Notes: a model not told the origin generated them from the letters alone. A stretch of DNA of 50,585 bases from Gammaproteobacteria bacterium (GCA_003165495.1 PMMB01000273.1:1-50585); one strand, 5' to 3'; counted from the stretch's first letter, positions 9,194 to 19,402 are shown. Made by a program: numbers and translations.

Positions 9194-9887
9194 TCAAATT
9201 CTCCCGTTCGATTCCCATCATCTTGCCGTCCTCCATCTTCACGATGCGGTCTGCAAATTCGTAGATTCGGCTGTCATGGGTCACAATAACGATGCAGCGC
9301 TGGTCGGAAAGAATATGTTCGCGGACAAATTTGACGATGTTTCGCCCTGAGTCGCCGTCGAGCGATGCGGTCGGTTCGTCGAGAATCAAAATATCGGGGC
9401 GACTGACGATGGCTCTGGCAATGGCGACGCGTTGCTGTTCGCCGCCGCTCAGTTTCACCGGCGGCAATTGGGCTCGGTCCTTCAAACCGACGACCTCGAG
9501 ATCCACTTCCGCCTCTTTGAGCGCCTCATCCCAGGCACGCTTTTGGAGTATGAGCGGGATCGCCACATTCTCGGCGGTCGTCAGGCGCGGGAAGAGGTGG
9601 AAATCCTGAAAAACAAAACCGATCTTGTGTAGTCGGAAGTCGGCGAGCGCATCGTTGGTAAGACTCCAAATCTCAGAGCCCTCGATCTTCACGGTGCCGC
9701 TATTCGGGCGTAGGATTCCTGAGATCATGCTGAGCATGGTCGTCTTACCGCTTCCCGACGGCCCGACGACGTAGAGAATCTCGCCGAGGTAGGCTTCGAA
9801 ACTCACGTCCTTTACGGCATGGGTCTTGACTTCGCCGTCCCCGAACCATTTGTTGAGCCCCACTGCCTCAATTGCGGTTCTCGCCAT
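9183..9887 (-). CDS. ABC transporter ATP-binding protein (DevA/MacB-NBD/LolD-like)
   Basis: Walker A GPSGSGKTT, signature LSGGEQQRVAIARA, Walker B ILILDEP, H-loop VTHD. Confidence 0.95.
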   Translation of the reverse strand: MARTAIEAVGLNKWFGDGEVKTHAVKDVSFEAYLGEILYVVGPSGSGKTTMLSMISGILRPNSGTVKIEGSEIWSLTNDALADFRLHKIGFVFQDFHLFPRLTTAENVAIPLILQKRAWDEALKEAEVDLEVVGLKDRAQLPPVKLSGGEQQRVAIARAIVSRPDILILDEPTASLDGDSGRNIVKFVREHILSDQRCIVIVTHDSRIYEFADRIVKMEDGKMMGIERENLNAQ

Positions 9888-9890
9888 GAT

Positions 9891-11027
9891 CTATCCTCGG
9901 AAGATATCGAACGGTTCGATTCTCAAAACCTTGCGCACGCCCACGTAACTGGAGATCGCGGCGATGACGATCACCATCAAGAAAGCCAACACAAGGTTCG
10001 AGAACGTAATAATCGCTGCATAGTCGGGGAGATAGAGGCGAGCCGTCCAGATAATGAGCGCGCAGAGTCCGACCCCGATGCCGTATCCCGTTAAGGACAC
10101 AAAGGCGGCCTGAAACAGGATCATGACAATGAGTTCGCGTCCCTTGGCCCCGATCGCCTTCAGGGCGCCAAATTTCTCGAGGTTCTCGATCACGAATGTG
10201 TAAAAGGTTTGTCCCGAGATCGACAATCCGATGATGAAGCTGATCACCGTCATGATCAGCATGTTGGTACCGACCCCGGTCTGATACTTGTAGAAGCTGG
10301 AGATCTTTTGAATGAACTCGTCCTTCGTGAGCGCCAGGTATCCCGCCGCCTTGACTTGCTGCTTGATCAACGCCACATCGGCCAAGGTCTTCGGCTCGAC
10401 GAGCAAGTAGGAGATTGTGAAGCGGGTACTGGGTATGTACTGAAGCGCGCGGTTGTAAGTCGTATAGAGCGTCGGCACACCGAATAATCCGCTCGATGCG
10501 ACATGCGCAATTCCGACGATCACGCCGCGATGGTCGTTCAGCTCGAACTCGGCACCGACTTTCGGATTCTCGAGTTTGTAAAATTCAGAGTCTTTGACCG
10601 CGATAAAAGCGTTTTCGGCGAAGATGTCCTCGATGTTCCCGTTCTCCAGCGTGGGCCTGCCGAACAAGCTGGTGTCATCCAGCCCGATGATGTTGGCGGA
10701 TTGGTAGACACCGTCGGGAAGCTTCAGTAGCGCGGCGCCGGAATATAGGGGCACCGCGTATTTGACGCCCGGTATGCTTCGGACTTCATCAAGCACGTAG
10801 TCGGGCAGCGGAATAGTATTGGCAACCGTCTGGATTGCGGGGTCCATCACCCAGATCGAGGCACCGATGTTGATGACGGTGGCTGACGAGCGGGTCAGAA
10901 TCCCGGCAAAGAGAGAGGTCATTTCTATCATCAAGAACACCGCGAAGGTGATCCCTAGCAGAAGCGCTGCGTACTTCGCCCGATCGTTGACCAGCAGCTT
11001 ATAGGCAATGTGTAATATTCCGCCCAT
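9891..11027 (-). CDS. ABC exporter permease, DevC/FtsX-like family
   Basis: 378 aa. One N-terminal TM helix, a large periplasmic domain and three C-terminal TM helices (FtsX fold). The N-terminus KLLVNDRAKYAALLLGITFAVFLM is typical of DevC. Confidence 0.85.
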   Translation of the reverse strand: MGGILHIAYKLLVNDRAKYAALLLGITFAVFLMIEMTSLFAGILTRSSATVINIGASIWVMDPAIQTVANTIPLPDYVLDEVRSIPGVKYAVPLYSGAALLKLPDGVYQSANIIGLDDTSLFGRPTLENGNIEDIFAENAFIAVKDSEFYKLENPKVGAEFELNDHRGVIVGIAHVASSGLFGVPTLYTTYNRALQYIPSTRFTISYLLVEPKTLADVALIKQQVKAAGYLALTKDEFIQKISSFYKYQTGVGTNMLIMTVISFIIGLSISGQTFYTFVIENLEKFGALKAIGAKGRELIVMILFQAAFVSLTGYGIGVGLCALIIWTARLYLPDYAAIITFSNLVLAFLMVIVIAAISSYVGVRKVLRIEPFDIFRG

Positions 11028-11293
11028 CGGGTCTCAGCTTTGAATCATTGAACAGATGAAGAATGCACAGCGGCCGACGCTCATTCAATGAGGAAAACCC
11101 GAATCACAGAAGTGCTTTCCCGTAACAGCTGCCACACCTTGGGATGTACGCAAAAGCCGAAGCAACCGGTGGAAACTCCGAACTGCTTGAGCAGTGACGC
11201 AAATGGTAGAAATACGTCCGATAAATGCGATTTCTCGCCGGTTGCGTCGGATACAAAGGCAGCGACGTGGTCAAAATTAAAGAGGAGGCAGTT

Positions 11294-11791
11294 ATGTACA
11301 GAAAAATCTTAGTTCCAGTCGACGGCAGCGAAACGTCCACATTGGGGCTCAACGAGGCGATCAAGATCGCCAAGACCCAAGGCAGCCAACTGCGGTTGGT
11401 TCACATCGTCAATGAATTCATCCTGGACTACACGTATAGTCCGGGCATCTACGCGACCAACTTAATCGAGTCGCTGCAAAAGGCGGGTCGCACGGTCCTC
11501 GATGTGGCCGAAACGGTCGCCCAACGCCAGGGCGTCAAACCGGAGTGTGTGTTGCTCGAATCCTTCGGTGGTCGGGCGGCCGATTTGATACTCGCACAAG
11601 CCAAAGAGTGGCAGCCCGATCTCATTGTCATGGGAACGCACGGCCGTCGCGGCTTACTACGAGTCGCTCTGGGCAGCGACGCCGAGCAAGTTGTACACGA
11701 TGCCGGTGTGCCGGTTTTGTTGGTTCGCGGTAACCGGAAGGCGAAGAACGAGTCTCCTGAGTGCACGTTGGTCGAAGCATCGGCAGCTTAA
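11294..11791 (+). CDS. Universal stress protein, single USP domain
   Basis: MYRKILVPVDGSETS start preceded by AGAGGAGG. ATP-binding motif GTHGRRGLLRVALGSDAEQVV. Confidence 0.9.
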   Translation: MYRKILVPVDGSETSTLGLNEAIKIAKTQGSQLRLVHIVNEFILDYTYSPGIYATNLIESLQKAGRTVLDVAETVAQRQGVKPECVLLESFGGRAADLILAQAKEWQPDLIVMGTHGRRGLLRVALGSDAEQVVHDAGVPVLLVRGNRKAKNESPECTLVEASAA

Positions 11792-11833
11792 AATAGACGC
11801 CCGTTCCTGCATCGACGCTGCTGTGCGTAGGGA

Positions 11834-13129
11834 ATGCGGGGTAGGCTGCATCAGTTTGATCACGTCGTGGTGACATTCTGGGATTCGCGCGCGACCAGCC
11901 TCACCGTCGCGTTGGCGGTGGGGCTGTTGATTGGCCTCGACCGCGAGAAGCACAAAAGTGCTGGCTCCTCGTCGAGCGCGGCTGGCGTGCGGACGTTTAC
12001 GGTGGTCGCGCTGCTGGGGGCGATGGTTGCGTTGCTCCATTCCGACGTCATGATCGCCGTCGCGGGTGGCGGCTTAGTCTTTTTGACGGCACTTTCCTAT
12101 CGCGCCAACCAAGCTCAATACCCCGGCCTGACGACGGAATTCGCGCTACTGGCCACTTTCGCCATTGGGTTCATGGCGGTGGGGCAGGTCGAGCTGGCCG
12201 CCGCGCTCGGTGTGCTCATCACATTGCTGATTAGCTCGAAGTCGAGATTACACACATTTGCTGTTTCGCAGTTATCTGAACAAGAACTGCACGATGCGAC
12301 GCTATTGGCAGGCGCGGCGCTGATCGTCTTGCCCTTGTTGCCGAATCAACCCATTGATCCGCTCGGTGTCGTCAACCTGCGATTGGCGTGGAGTCTTACG
12401 GTGTTGATGTTGGGCATCAACGCGTTGGGGTATGTGGCGCGGCGCACGTTGGGGCCCGAGGTGGGCTTGGCTGTCGCCGGGTTTTGCGGGGGATTCGTCT
12501 CGAGCATCCTTACCATTGCGGCAATCGGCAGGCAAGCGCATGCACAGCCCTCGCTTCTGCGCAGTGCGGTGGCGGGCGCCGCATTTTCGTCCATCGCAAC
12601 GGTGATCGAACTGTTGGTCATAATTGTGATCACCAACGCACGGCTGCTTCCGTATCTTGGGCCAGGTGTCGCGGCCATGGGAATGGTCGCGGCCGTTTAT
12701 GGATTGGTGTTCGAAATCGCGGCGAAGGGCCCTCGCAGCCCCGCAGAGCCGGTCTCAGGACGCGCCTTTGAACCGAAATTTGCGATCCTTTTCGCGTGCG
12801 CGTTCGCCTTCATGTTGCTAATTGCCGCGCTGTTGCAAAGGCTGTTGGGCCCCTCGGGTGCGCAGGCCACGATTGCACTCGGTGGCTTGATCGATACGCA
12901 TGCAGCGACGGCGTCGGCCGCGCGATTAGCGTCTTCGGGCACACTCGGGGTGATCCCGGCGGCGTTTGCCGCGACGCTCGCGATAACCGCAAACACCATC
13001 GTCAAAGCGATAGCCGCGGTCGTCGCGGGCGGCCGCGCCTTCGCCCTCCGACTCTGTCCAAGTCATCTTGGAATGATTATCGCGCTTTGGTTAGCGTGGT
13101 TCTTGGTACGTAACATTCCAACTCCGTGA
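11834..13129 (+). CDS. MgtC/SapB-family membrane protein with DUF4010 domain
   Basis: Polytopic 431-aa protein with LAVGLLIGLDREKHK near the N-terminus, the signature of MgtC/DUF4010 fusions. The exact start is uncertain. Confidence 0.7.
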   Translation: MRGRLHQFDHVVVTFWDSRATSLTVALAVGLLIGLDREKHKSAGSSSSAAGVRTFTVVALLGAMVALLHSDVMIAVAGGGLVFLTALSYRANQAQYPGLTTEFALLATFAIGFMAVGQVELAAALGVLITLLISSKSRLHTFAVSQLSEQELHDATLLAGAALIVLPLLPNQPIDPLGVVNLRLAWSLTVLMLGINALGYVARRTLGPEVGLAVAGFCGGFVSSILTIAAIGRQAHAQPSLLRSAVAGAAFSSIATVIELLVIIVITNARLLPYLGPGVAAMGMVAAVYGLVFEIAAKGPRSPAEPVSGRAFEPKFAILFACAFAFMLLIAALLQRLLGPSGAQATIALGGLIDTHAATASAARLASSGTLGVIPAAFAATLAITANTIVKAIAAVVAGGRAFALRLCPSHLGMIIALWLAWFLVRNIPTP

Positions 13130-14785
13130 CGGATCAGGCCGCTGCTTCGCCGCCGGGTGACTCACGCCCGGAATGATCTCACGTGTTAGGCATGTCAAAC
13201 GGTCCTGTATCGCGGCGAGTACATTTTCGTATGCGCGTGCCTGGCTTGTGTCGAGCGCTACGACCTGCATGCGCTCGGCCGCACCCAGAGGCTCCATGCT
13301 CTGAAGTTGCTGCTCAAGCACGGCAACATCCGCGTCCGATGGATCAGTGTGCAATTGCTGCCGCATTTCGAGACGCTGCGTCAAGACCACGCGATCGGCG
13401 GCGCACGATACAATGACGTATCGAATGCCCTGTTGCGCGGCCAAGTCACAAAATCGACGGCGGTCCTCGCTCTGAAGGAACGCGGCATCGACGATGACGT
13501 TAACGCCACCGGTCAAACAGCTCTCTGCGCATTCAAGTAAGCGCGCATAAGTACGCTGACTGACCTCTGGCGTGTAAATGCCTTTCTCGAAACGGCCATC
13601 GGGCTCCACGCCCGGTTGAATTCCCGCGAGGCGCTTGCGCTCCACATCGGATCGTAGTCGAATGGCCCCCAATGCCAGGGCGAGGCGTGCACTGAGCGAT
13701 GACTTACCCGAGCCCGATGGCCCGTGCATGATAAAGAGAGTTGGCGCGGCGCCGTTGATGAAAGCGGCAGCAGTCTTGACTCTCAACCGTAGGCGCCGAC
13801 GGAACTCTTCTCGATGACTTGAGTCTTGTTCGGCACCGAGACTGTCGACCATGGCCCGCACCAGAGCGCGGTAAACGGCGTAGAAGGGTAGGAGTCTAAC
13901 GCCGTCATAGTCTCCGGTATGTTCCAGATAGGCGTTTAAGAATGAGAAGGCGAGGTCCTTGCGACCGTGTGCCACCAGGTCCATCACCATGAACGCGACA
14001 TCGTTCATCACGTCGATCCAGCGAAGCTTTGGGTCGAATTCTAGGCAATCGAAGGCGAGCAGTCGGTCGCGCCAGCGCACGACATTGCGCGCATGCAGGT
14101 CACCGTGGCACTCGCGAATGAAGCCGGAGTGCTCGCGCATGCGCAGTTGCGCCAGCGAGTCGTGCAAAAAGTCGTGCGTCCAATCGATGAGAATTCCCAT
14201 TTCCGGAAGCGCCGTATCGCCATCAAGGTGCGACAAGAGGAGGGCCAAGTTGCCGAGGACTGCGTCGTGCAATTGACCCGTGTACAGAAAGTCGCTGCCG
14301 CACGGCGCTTGTGGTGCGCGGGCGTGGAATTCGGCCAATTGTTCGGCAAAAGTAGCAAGCTCTTGCGAGCTGACGGTCCCGCGTTCGAGCAGCGCCGATA
14401 ACTCCTCAGAGGCCTCGAATTGCTTCATCCGAACGGCGTATTCGATGATTTGTCCGTGTCCGCCGACGCGCACGGCCTCGGGATCCCGCGTGACGGCAAT
14501 CACGCTCATATAAAGATCGGGCGCTAGGCGCTGGTTTAGCCTCAACTCCTCTTCGCACAGGTGTTTTCGATTTGCCAGAGTCGATGCATCGATGAAGTCC
14601 AATTTAACGCTTTTCTTTATTTTGTAGGCGTATGCACCGGTCAGAATCACCCAGGAGAGATTGGTCTCACGAACTTCCAGCCGGCCGACGGGATGCGGAA
14701 ATGCCGACGGCGTCAGGATATCGGTCGGGATAAACCCAGGGGACCCGGCGTTTTGTGCGGAATCGGCCGCGCTGACAGTGACCAT
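13091..14785 (-). CDS. Bifunctional aminoglycoside-phosphotransferase-like / AAA (P-loop kinase) protein
   Basis: N-terminal APH/choline-kinase-like fold (HGDLHARNVV..DCLEFD) and a C-terminal P-loop (MHGPSGSGKSSLS). The start at ATG 14785 has GGAG upstream. This is the same architecture as I recall for M. tuberculosis Rv2004c. Confidence 0.8.
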   Translation of the reverse strand: MVTVSAADSAQNAGSPGFIPTDILTPSAFPHPVGRLEVRETNLSWVILTGAYAYKIKKSVKLDFIDASTLANRKHLCEEELRLNQRLAPDLYMSVIAVTRDPEAVRVGGHGQIIEYAVRMKQFEASEELSALLERGTVSSQELATFAEQLAEFHARAPQAPCGSDFLYTGQLHDAVLGNLALLLSHLDGDTALPEMGILIDWTHDFLHDSLAQLRMREHSGFIRECHGDLHARNVVRWRDRLLAFDCLEFDPKLRWIDVMNDVAFMVMDLVAHGRKDLAFSFLNAYLEHTGDYDGVRLLPFYAVYRALVRAMVDSLGAEQDSSHREEFRRRLRLRVKTAAAFINGAAPTLFIMHGPSGSGKSSLSARLALALGAIRLRSDVERKRLAGIQPGVEPDGRFEKGIYTPEVSQRTYARLLECAESCLTGGVNVIVDAAFLQSEDRRRFCDLAAQQGIRYVIVSCAADRVVLTQRLEMRQQLHTDPSDADVAVLEQQLQSMEPLGAAERMQVVALDTSQARAYENVLAAIQDRLTCLTREIIPGVSHPAAKQRPDPSRSWNVTYQEPR

Positions 14786-15204
14786 CTCGTGAACTCCGCC
14801 CTTACCCAGTGAGTATGCGCCGACGGTACTTGAGCCTGGCAACGTTCGCTATTCGAGAATCTCCTAGTCCGATAGGGGATATCCGCGGCGGCTACTTCGT
14901 GTCCTAGTGTTCGGGGTAATTCCACCGCTCTTACGTGAATCTACTAATACGCTAACGCGCGGTGGTGCGCGAATCTACTCTTGGGCCAGGATTCAATCTC
15001 AGTAAGGAAAGAATGATGGCCCATGCATATACAAGAAGTAGTTGCCGGACGTCGCGCGATGTGTGAATACACCCAGCCATTCAGGTCCCACAAAGCTCTT
15101 GGGGCGACGAATGGGAACGCTGGTGCGACAGCTGTGTTTGTCTGTCCCTGATAAGTACTTACGGCAGCGATACTTTCACGCATACCGTCGCGCACCCTGG
15201 ACAT

Positions 15205-15470
15205 TTACATTGTCCGCGTTGCCTGCCGTACCGTGACGATCTCTTGGGGTTTCTGCGCGATCAGAAGCGCCATGGGCGTTCTCTGATTCTCGCCACCGCA
15301 GCTGATGAGAAAGTAGCACGAGCAATCAATCAGGAAGTCGGTCTCTTCCAAGAGATCTTCGCAAGCGACGGTGGTACTCGCGGGCGGCCACGCCGGATCG
15401 CACCCCTGTCGTCGTTGATCTCGACGGCATTCTTTTGCGCACAACTTCCTTAATCGAATCCCGAAAGATC
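15205..15470 (+). pseudogene. Two out-of-order, out-of-frame fragments of a HAD-domain (UbiA-prenyltransferase-associated HAD) gene
   Basis: Frame 1 reads LPYRDDLLGFLRDQKRHGRSLILATAADEKVARAINQEVGLFQEIFASDGGT, the HAD motif II region. Downstream in another frame comes PVVVDLDGILLRTTSLIES, which is HAD motif I and normally lies at the N-terminus. The order is therefore permuted. Confidence 0.5.
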
Positions 15471-15605
15471 GACCATCGACACACTACTTCTGCATACTAA
15501 AGTATTGGCGCGACCACACATCCATCGCTCTTAAGTCCGCTGACCAATCGCGCGCCTACGGATCGCAAGTCTCCGTGCAGGCTTTACGGACGATCGCAGC
15601 GCTGG

Positions 15606-18194
15606 TTATTGGAGCGACGCGCTATGTCTGGACTCCAAGCGACGATTGAGCATTTGCTTAACTATCTGTACGAGGATCAAATAGGCGAGCACAATCATAG
15701 ACAAGACGCCAAGAAAGGCCATCGGCAGCGGGACAAATCCCAGAAGCCGGGCAATAGGGCTAAATGGGACGGCCACGGCGAGCAGTACGACACCCAATGA
15801 GCTGACGGCAAGCCACGGACTGCACTTGCTCTTGAAGGGATTGGCACGGGTTCGAATCACGAAGACGACGAGCACTTGGGTGGCGATGGACTCGATAAAC
15901 CAGCCAGTGTGAAATGCCGCCTCGCCAGCGTGAAACGGCCCTATCATGAGATAAAAAGTCAAAAAATCAAAGATCGAGCTGACCGGCCCAATCACCCACA
16001 TGAATCTGCGAATGTACGACATGTCCCATGTTTGCGGATAGCGTAAGGCATCTTCATCGACCGTGTCGAACGGCAACGCCATTTCAGACACGTCATAGAG
16101 CAGATTGTTGAGAAGGATTTGCATGGGCAGCATCGGGAGAAACGGCAACAGCAGGGCGGCGCCCGCCATGCTGAACATGTTGCCGAAATTGGAGCTGGTG
16201 GCCATTAGAATGTATTTCATGACATTACTGAACGTGCGTCGACCTTCGATGACCCCGTCGTGAAGCACCCCCAAATCGCGCTTGAGTAGGACCATCTGGG
16301 CGGCCCCTTTCGCAACGTCCACCGCACTATCCACAGAGATGCCGACATCCGCCGAGTGCAGCGCTGGCGCATCATTGATGCCATCTCCCAGATACCCCAC
16401 CGTGTGACCCCGCAGCTTCAAGGCGCAAATGATTCGGTTTTTCTGCTGGGGCGTGACACGGCAAAAGACGTTAGCGGATTCCGCGCGCGCCCCCAACGCT
16501 AGGTCATCGAGCTCGGCCACCTCTTTGCCGTTCAGGACACCGAGCACCGGTAAACCCACGGCCTCGCAGACGTGACGGGTGACGAGCTCATTGTCGCCTG
16601 TCACAATCTTGACCGTGACACCGTTTTGCATCAGCGCCTGCAAAGAACGCCCGGCGTCGGCCTTCGGCGGATCAAGGAATGCCGCAAATCCTGCAAATAT
16701 CAGCAGCGATTCGTCATTGAGACCCGCGTGTTCCTGTGTTCTAGGCACTTCCCGGTAGCCGACACCGAGCAACCGCAGCCCCTGTATCGCCAACCCATCG
16801 TGAACCTTTTGCAATTGGGCTCTCGCTGCGGCATCCAAGCCCTGAACCGTTCCGCACTCGCTTGAAAGCCAACGGGCGGAGACAGCCAGCACATCTTCCG
16901 GGGCGCCTTTGACGACCAATAGTCGTGTGCTTCCATTGTCAAGCAAGACGGAGACTCGACGTCGCTCGAAATCGAAAGGTACCTCATCGACTTTACGCCA
17001 CGTCGAAACGTCGACCCCCATCTGTGCAAGGATCGCCTCATCGAGCGGACTCTTGAGTCCCGTTTCGAAATAGCTATTGAGGTAGGCGAGATTAAAAACG
17101 CGAGCACTGTCGAGACCTAGGCAACCCACGTGACTCGCAAGCTGGATGGTCGCTTCCGTCAAAGTGCCCGTTTTGTCGGTGCAAAGCACGTCCATGCTAC
17201 CGAGGTTGTGAATGGCCTCGAGCTGTTTGACGATGACCTGCTTTTTAGCCATACGCATCGCGCCGCGCGAAAGCGTGACCGTGACGATCATGGGCAACAG
17301 TTCAGGCGTGAGTCCGACCGCAAGTGCAATGCTAAACAGCAATGATTCAAGTATCGATCGGTGCAGGGACCAGTTGATGACCAAGACGGTGAGCACAAGG
17401 AGTGCGGTCAAGCGCATGATGAGCAGACCGAAATGCCGGATCCCAAGGTCAAAAGCGGTCGGTGGACGCCTCTCTGCAAGGGCGGAAGCGATTTGACCAA
17501 ATTCCGTGATGCTGCCGGTCTGATAGATGAGCACCCGGGCCATGCCGCTGATGACAGAACCGCCGGCGAACACCGAATTGGTCGCTTCATTGAGGTCTGA
17601 TACGATATGAGTCAAATCGCCGGCACGCTTCTCCACGGGGTAGGGCTCCCCCGTGAGCGCCGCCTGGTTAACGAAGAAGTCCTTCGCCTCGAGGATCCGG
17701 CCATCGGCAGGAATGAGGTCTCCGGCGGATAGCTGGATCAGATCACCCGGAACGAGTTCACCGACCGCTATTTCGACGGGCTTGCCACCACGTGTTGCTT
17801 GGACATGGACGGCAATCGATATTCGCAATGCATCGACGACTTTGCCGGCCTGACGCTCCTGCACGAAGTCTAAGCCGACGCTGAGAACGACGATCACGCC
17901 GATAATGAGACAACCTGTCAAATCCCCAGTGATCCCCATCACCGTACTCGCTCCCAACAGGAGCAGCACCAGGGGACTTCTAAAACGCGATAGGAACTGG
18001 ACAATCAGGGGCCGGACGGGCCGGGCGTTGAGCTGATTTGACCCGAACTTGAGGAGCCGCCGCTGGGCCTCATCAGGGGTCAAGCCATCGTGAGCAACAC
18101 CCAGGTCGCTGTCGAGATCCGTTAGCGTTCGGTTCCAAAAGGGTGTTTCGTTTGGCATAGATATCGGGCGCCGGTTGATCGCATTTTCTCGCAT
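15606..18194 (-). CDS. mgtA: Magnesium-translocating P-type ATPase
   Basis: 862 aa with CTDKTGTLT, TGDN and GDGINDAPAL motifs and an MgtA-type N-terminus (GLTPDEAQRRLLKFGSNQL). The real start may be ATG 18158 (MPNETPFWN). Confidence 0.9.
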   Translation of the reverse strand: MRENAINRRPISMPNETPFWNRTLTDLDSDLGVAHDGLTPDEAQRRLLKFGSNQLNARPVRPLIVQFLSRFRSPLVLLLLGASTVMGITGDLTGCLIIGVIVVLSVGLDFVQERQAGKVVDALRISIAVHVQATRGGKPVEIAVGELVPGDLIQLSAGDLIPADGRILEAKDFFVNQAALTGEPYPVEKRAGDLTHIVSDLNEATNSVFAGGSVISGMARVLIYQTGSITEFGQIASALAERRPPTAFDLGIRHFGLLIMRLTALLVLTVLVINWSLHRSILESLLFSIALAVGLTPELLPMIVTVTLSRGAMRMAKKQVIVKQLEAIHNLGSMDVLCTDKTGTLTEATIQLASHVGCLGLDSARVFNLAYLNSYFETGLKSPLDEAILAQMGVDVSTWRKVDEVPFDFERRRVSVLLDNGSTRLLVVKGAPEDVLAVSARWLSSECGTVQGLDAAARAQLQKVHDGLAIQGLRLLGVGYREVPRTQEHAGLNDESLLIFAGFAAFLDPPKADAGRSLQALMQNGVTVKIVTGDNELVTRHVCEAVGLPVLGVLNGKEVAELDDLALGARAESANVFCRVTPQQKNRIICALKLRGHTVGYLGDGINDAPALHSADVGISVDSAVDVAKGAAQMVLLKRDLGVLHDGVIEGRRTFSNVMKYILMATSSNFGNMFSMAGAALLLPFLPMLPMQILLNNLLYDVSEMALPFDTVDEDALRYPQTWDMSYIRRFMWVIGPVSSIFDFLTFYLMIGPFHAGEAAFHTGWFIESIATQVLVVFVIRTRANPFKSKCSPWLAVSSLGVVLLAVAVPFSPIARLLGFVPLPMAFLGVLSMIVLAYLILVQIVKQMLNRRLESRHSASLQ

Positions 18195-18374
18195 AGATGT
18201 TTACACACCAGGGAGCGAGTGGCCCATGCGAAGAATTGCGGAAAGGGCGGCATTGCCGCGAGGCGCGAGCTCTGGCGCCGGCCTGAAGGCCACGAAGGGT
18301 CGCAATATGCCACCGAACACGATTTCTGAGTCGAACACTCCGCTCTCGTCAAAAATCGCGTTCGGCGCTGGGTA

Positions 18375-19034
18375 CTAGAACTGCAGATACAGCTGATTTT
18401 CGACGTTGCCGACACCCGGCGCTGCCCACGCGGCGAGCGCGGCGTCTTCCCGCTCCTTCCAGGTTCGGACATGTCCCTTCAAAGTCACCGTTGACTCGCT
18501 CACATTGATTTTGATGTCCTTGGTGTCAAAGATCGCTTGGCGCTTGAAGGCATCCTCGATCTTCTGTTTCACGTCGGCTGGCTTGATCGCCGTCGTCACC
18601 CGAATATCGTTGATGATGGCCTTGACGCCCATTAAATTACGGACCGCAGTCTCGGCTGCGGTTTTTTGGAATCCCCACCTCACATCGCCACTGAGCGTCA
18701 CATACGCGTCCTTGACAATGGCTTGTAGCTGCGCGGTGCAGGTCGTCACATCCCATCGCAACGCGTTGGCTGCCGCTTCTGCGATCTCAGTGTCGCTTCG
18801 CGTGCCGGCCCTGTGGATCTTGATCTGGATTTCATTGGCAATCGCTCTCACGCCTTTAACCCGCTTAGTGATGTCCTCCGCCGTCCATTTGCCGCCGTAG
18901 TGTCCCACCTCTCCGGTGAGCGTCACCACGCCTTGGTGAACGACTACGCCTATGGTGCTGTCGTCGATGCTCGGATCCCATTGCAACTCGGATTCCACGT
19001 CTCGACGAATATCTGTATCAGTTTTCATTTCCAT
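18375..19034 (-). CDS. Triple BON-domain protein (OsmY-like), copy 1
   Basis: Three BON repeats (VVTLTGEV.., YVTLSGDV.., TVTLKGHV..). About 75% identical to the product of 43767-44429. The start is 19034 or 19028. Confidence 0.9.
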   Translation of the reverse strand: MEMKTDTDIRRDVESELQWDPSIDDSTIGVVVHQGVVTLTGEVGHYGGKWTAEDITKRVKGVRAIANEIQIKIHRAGTRSDTEIAEAAANALRWDVTTCTAQLQAIVKDAYVTLSGDVRWGFQKTAAETAVRNLMGVKAIINDIRVTTAIKPADVKQKIEDAFKRQAIFDTKDIKINVSESTVTLKGHVRTWKEREDAALAAWAAPGVGNVENQLYLQF

Positions 19035-19402
19035 TTCCTTCGGTTAAATAAGTTCTATTTTCTTCGCAATGTCCATCACAGGTGGTTAGGCGATTCCCGA
19101 GACGCAGCCCAGAGTCGCGAAACATTCGATGAATCTCCCAATGGTCCGTGCGGATTGCGACATTGACTGTAGCGCGCGGTCGCCACCCTCACTATTCGCG
19201 AATACCCTTATCGAATGAGTTGATTCCCTCATGCTTGGGTCGCCCTCGAGTCGTTTTCGACTGGAATCCGTGCGCGCACGCGGACCCACCTCCAGCGCCC
19301 GATGAGGCACGAATATCAGCAGGCCCACCGCAGCAAGTCTTACAAGTCCGCAGCCGGCAGGCTGCGCGAAGCTACAAAACCAACAGCGGGTACGCGGTCG
19401 CT

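Noticed and set aside
18195-18374. Possible Mg2+ riboswitch (M-box) or mgtA-type leader structure upstream of mgtA
   Set aside because: I could not recognise M-box conserved segments by eye and the region is short (180 nt). Only the speculative Pro-rich uORF is reported as a finding. A covariance-model scan (Rfam RF00380) would be decisive.
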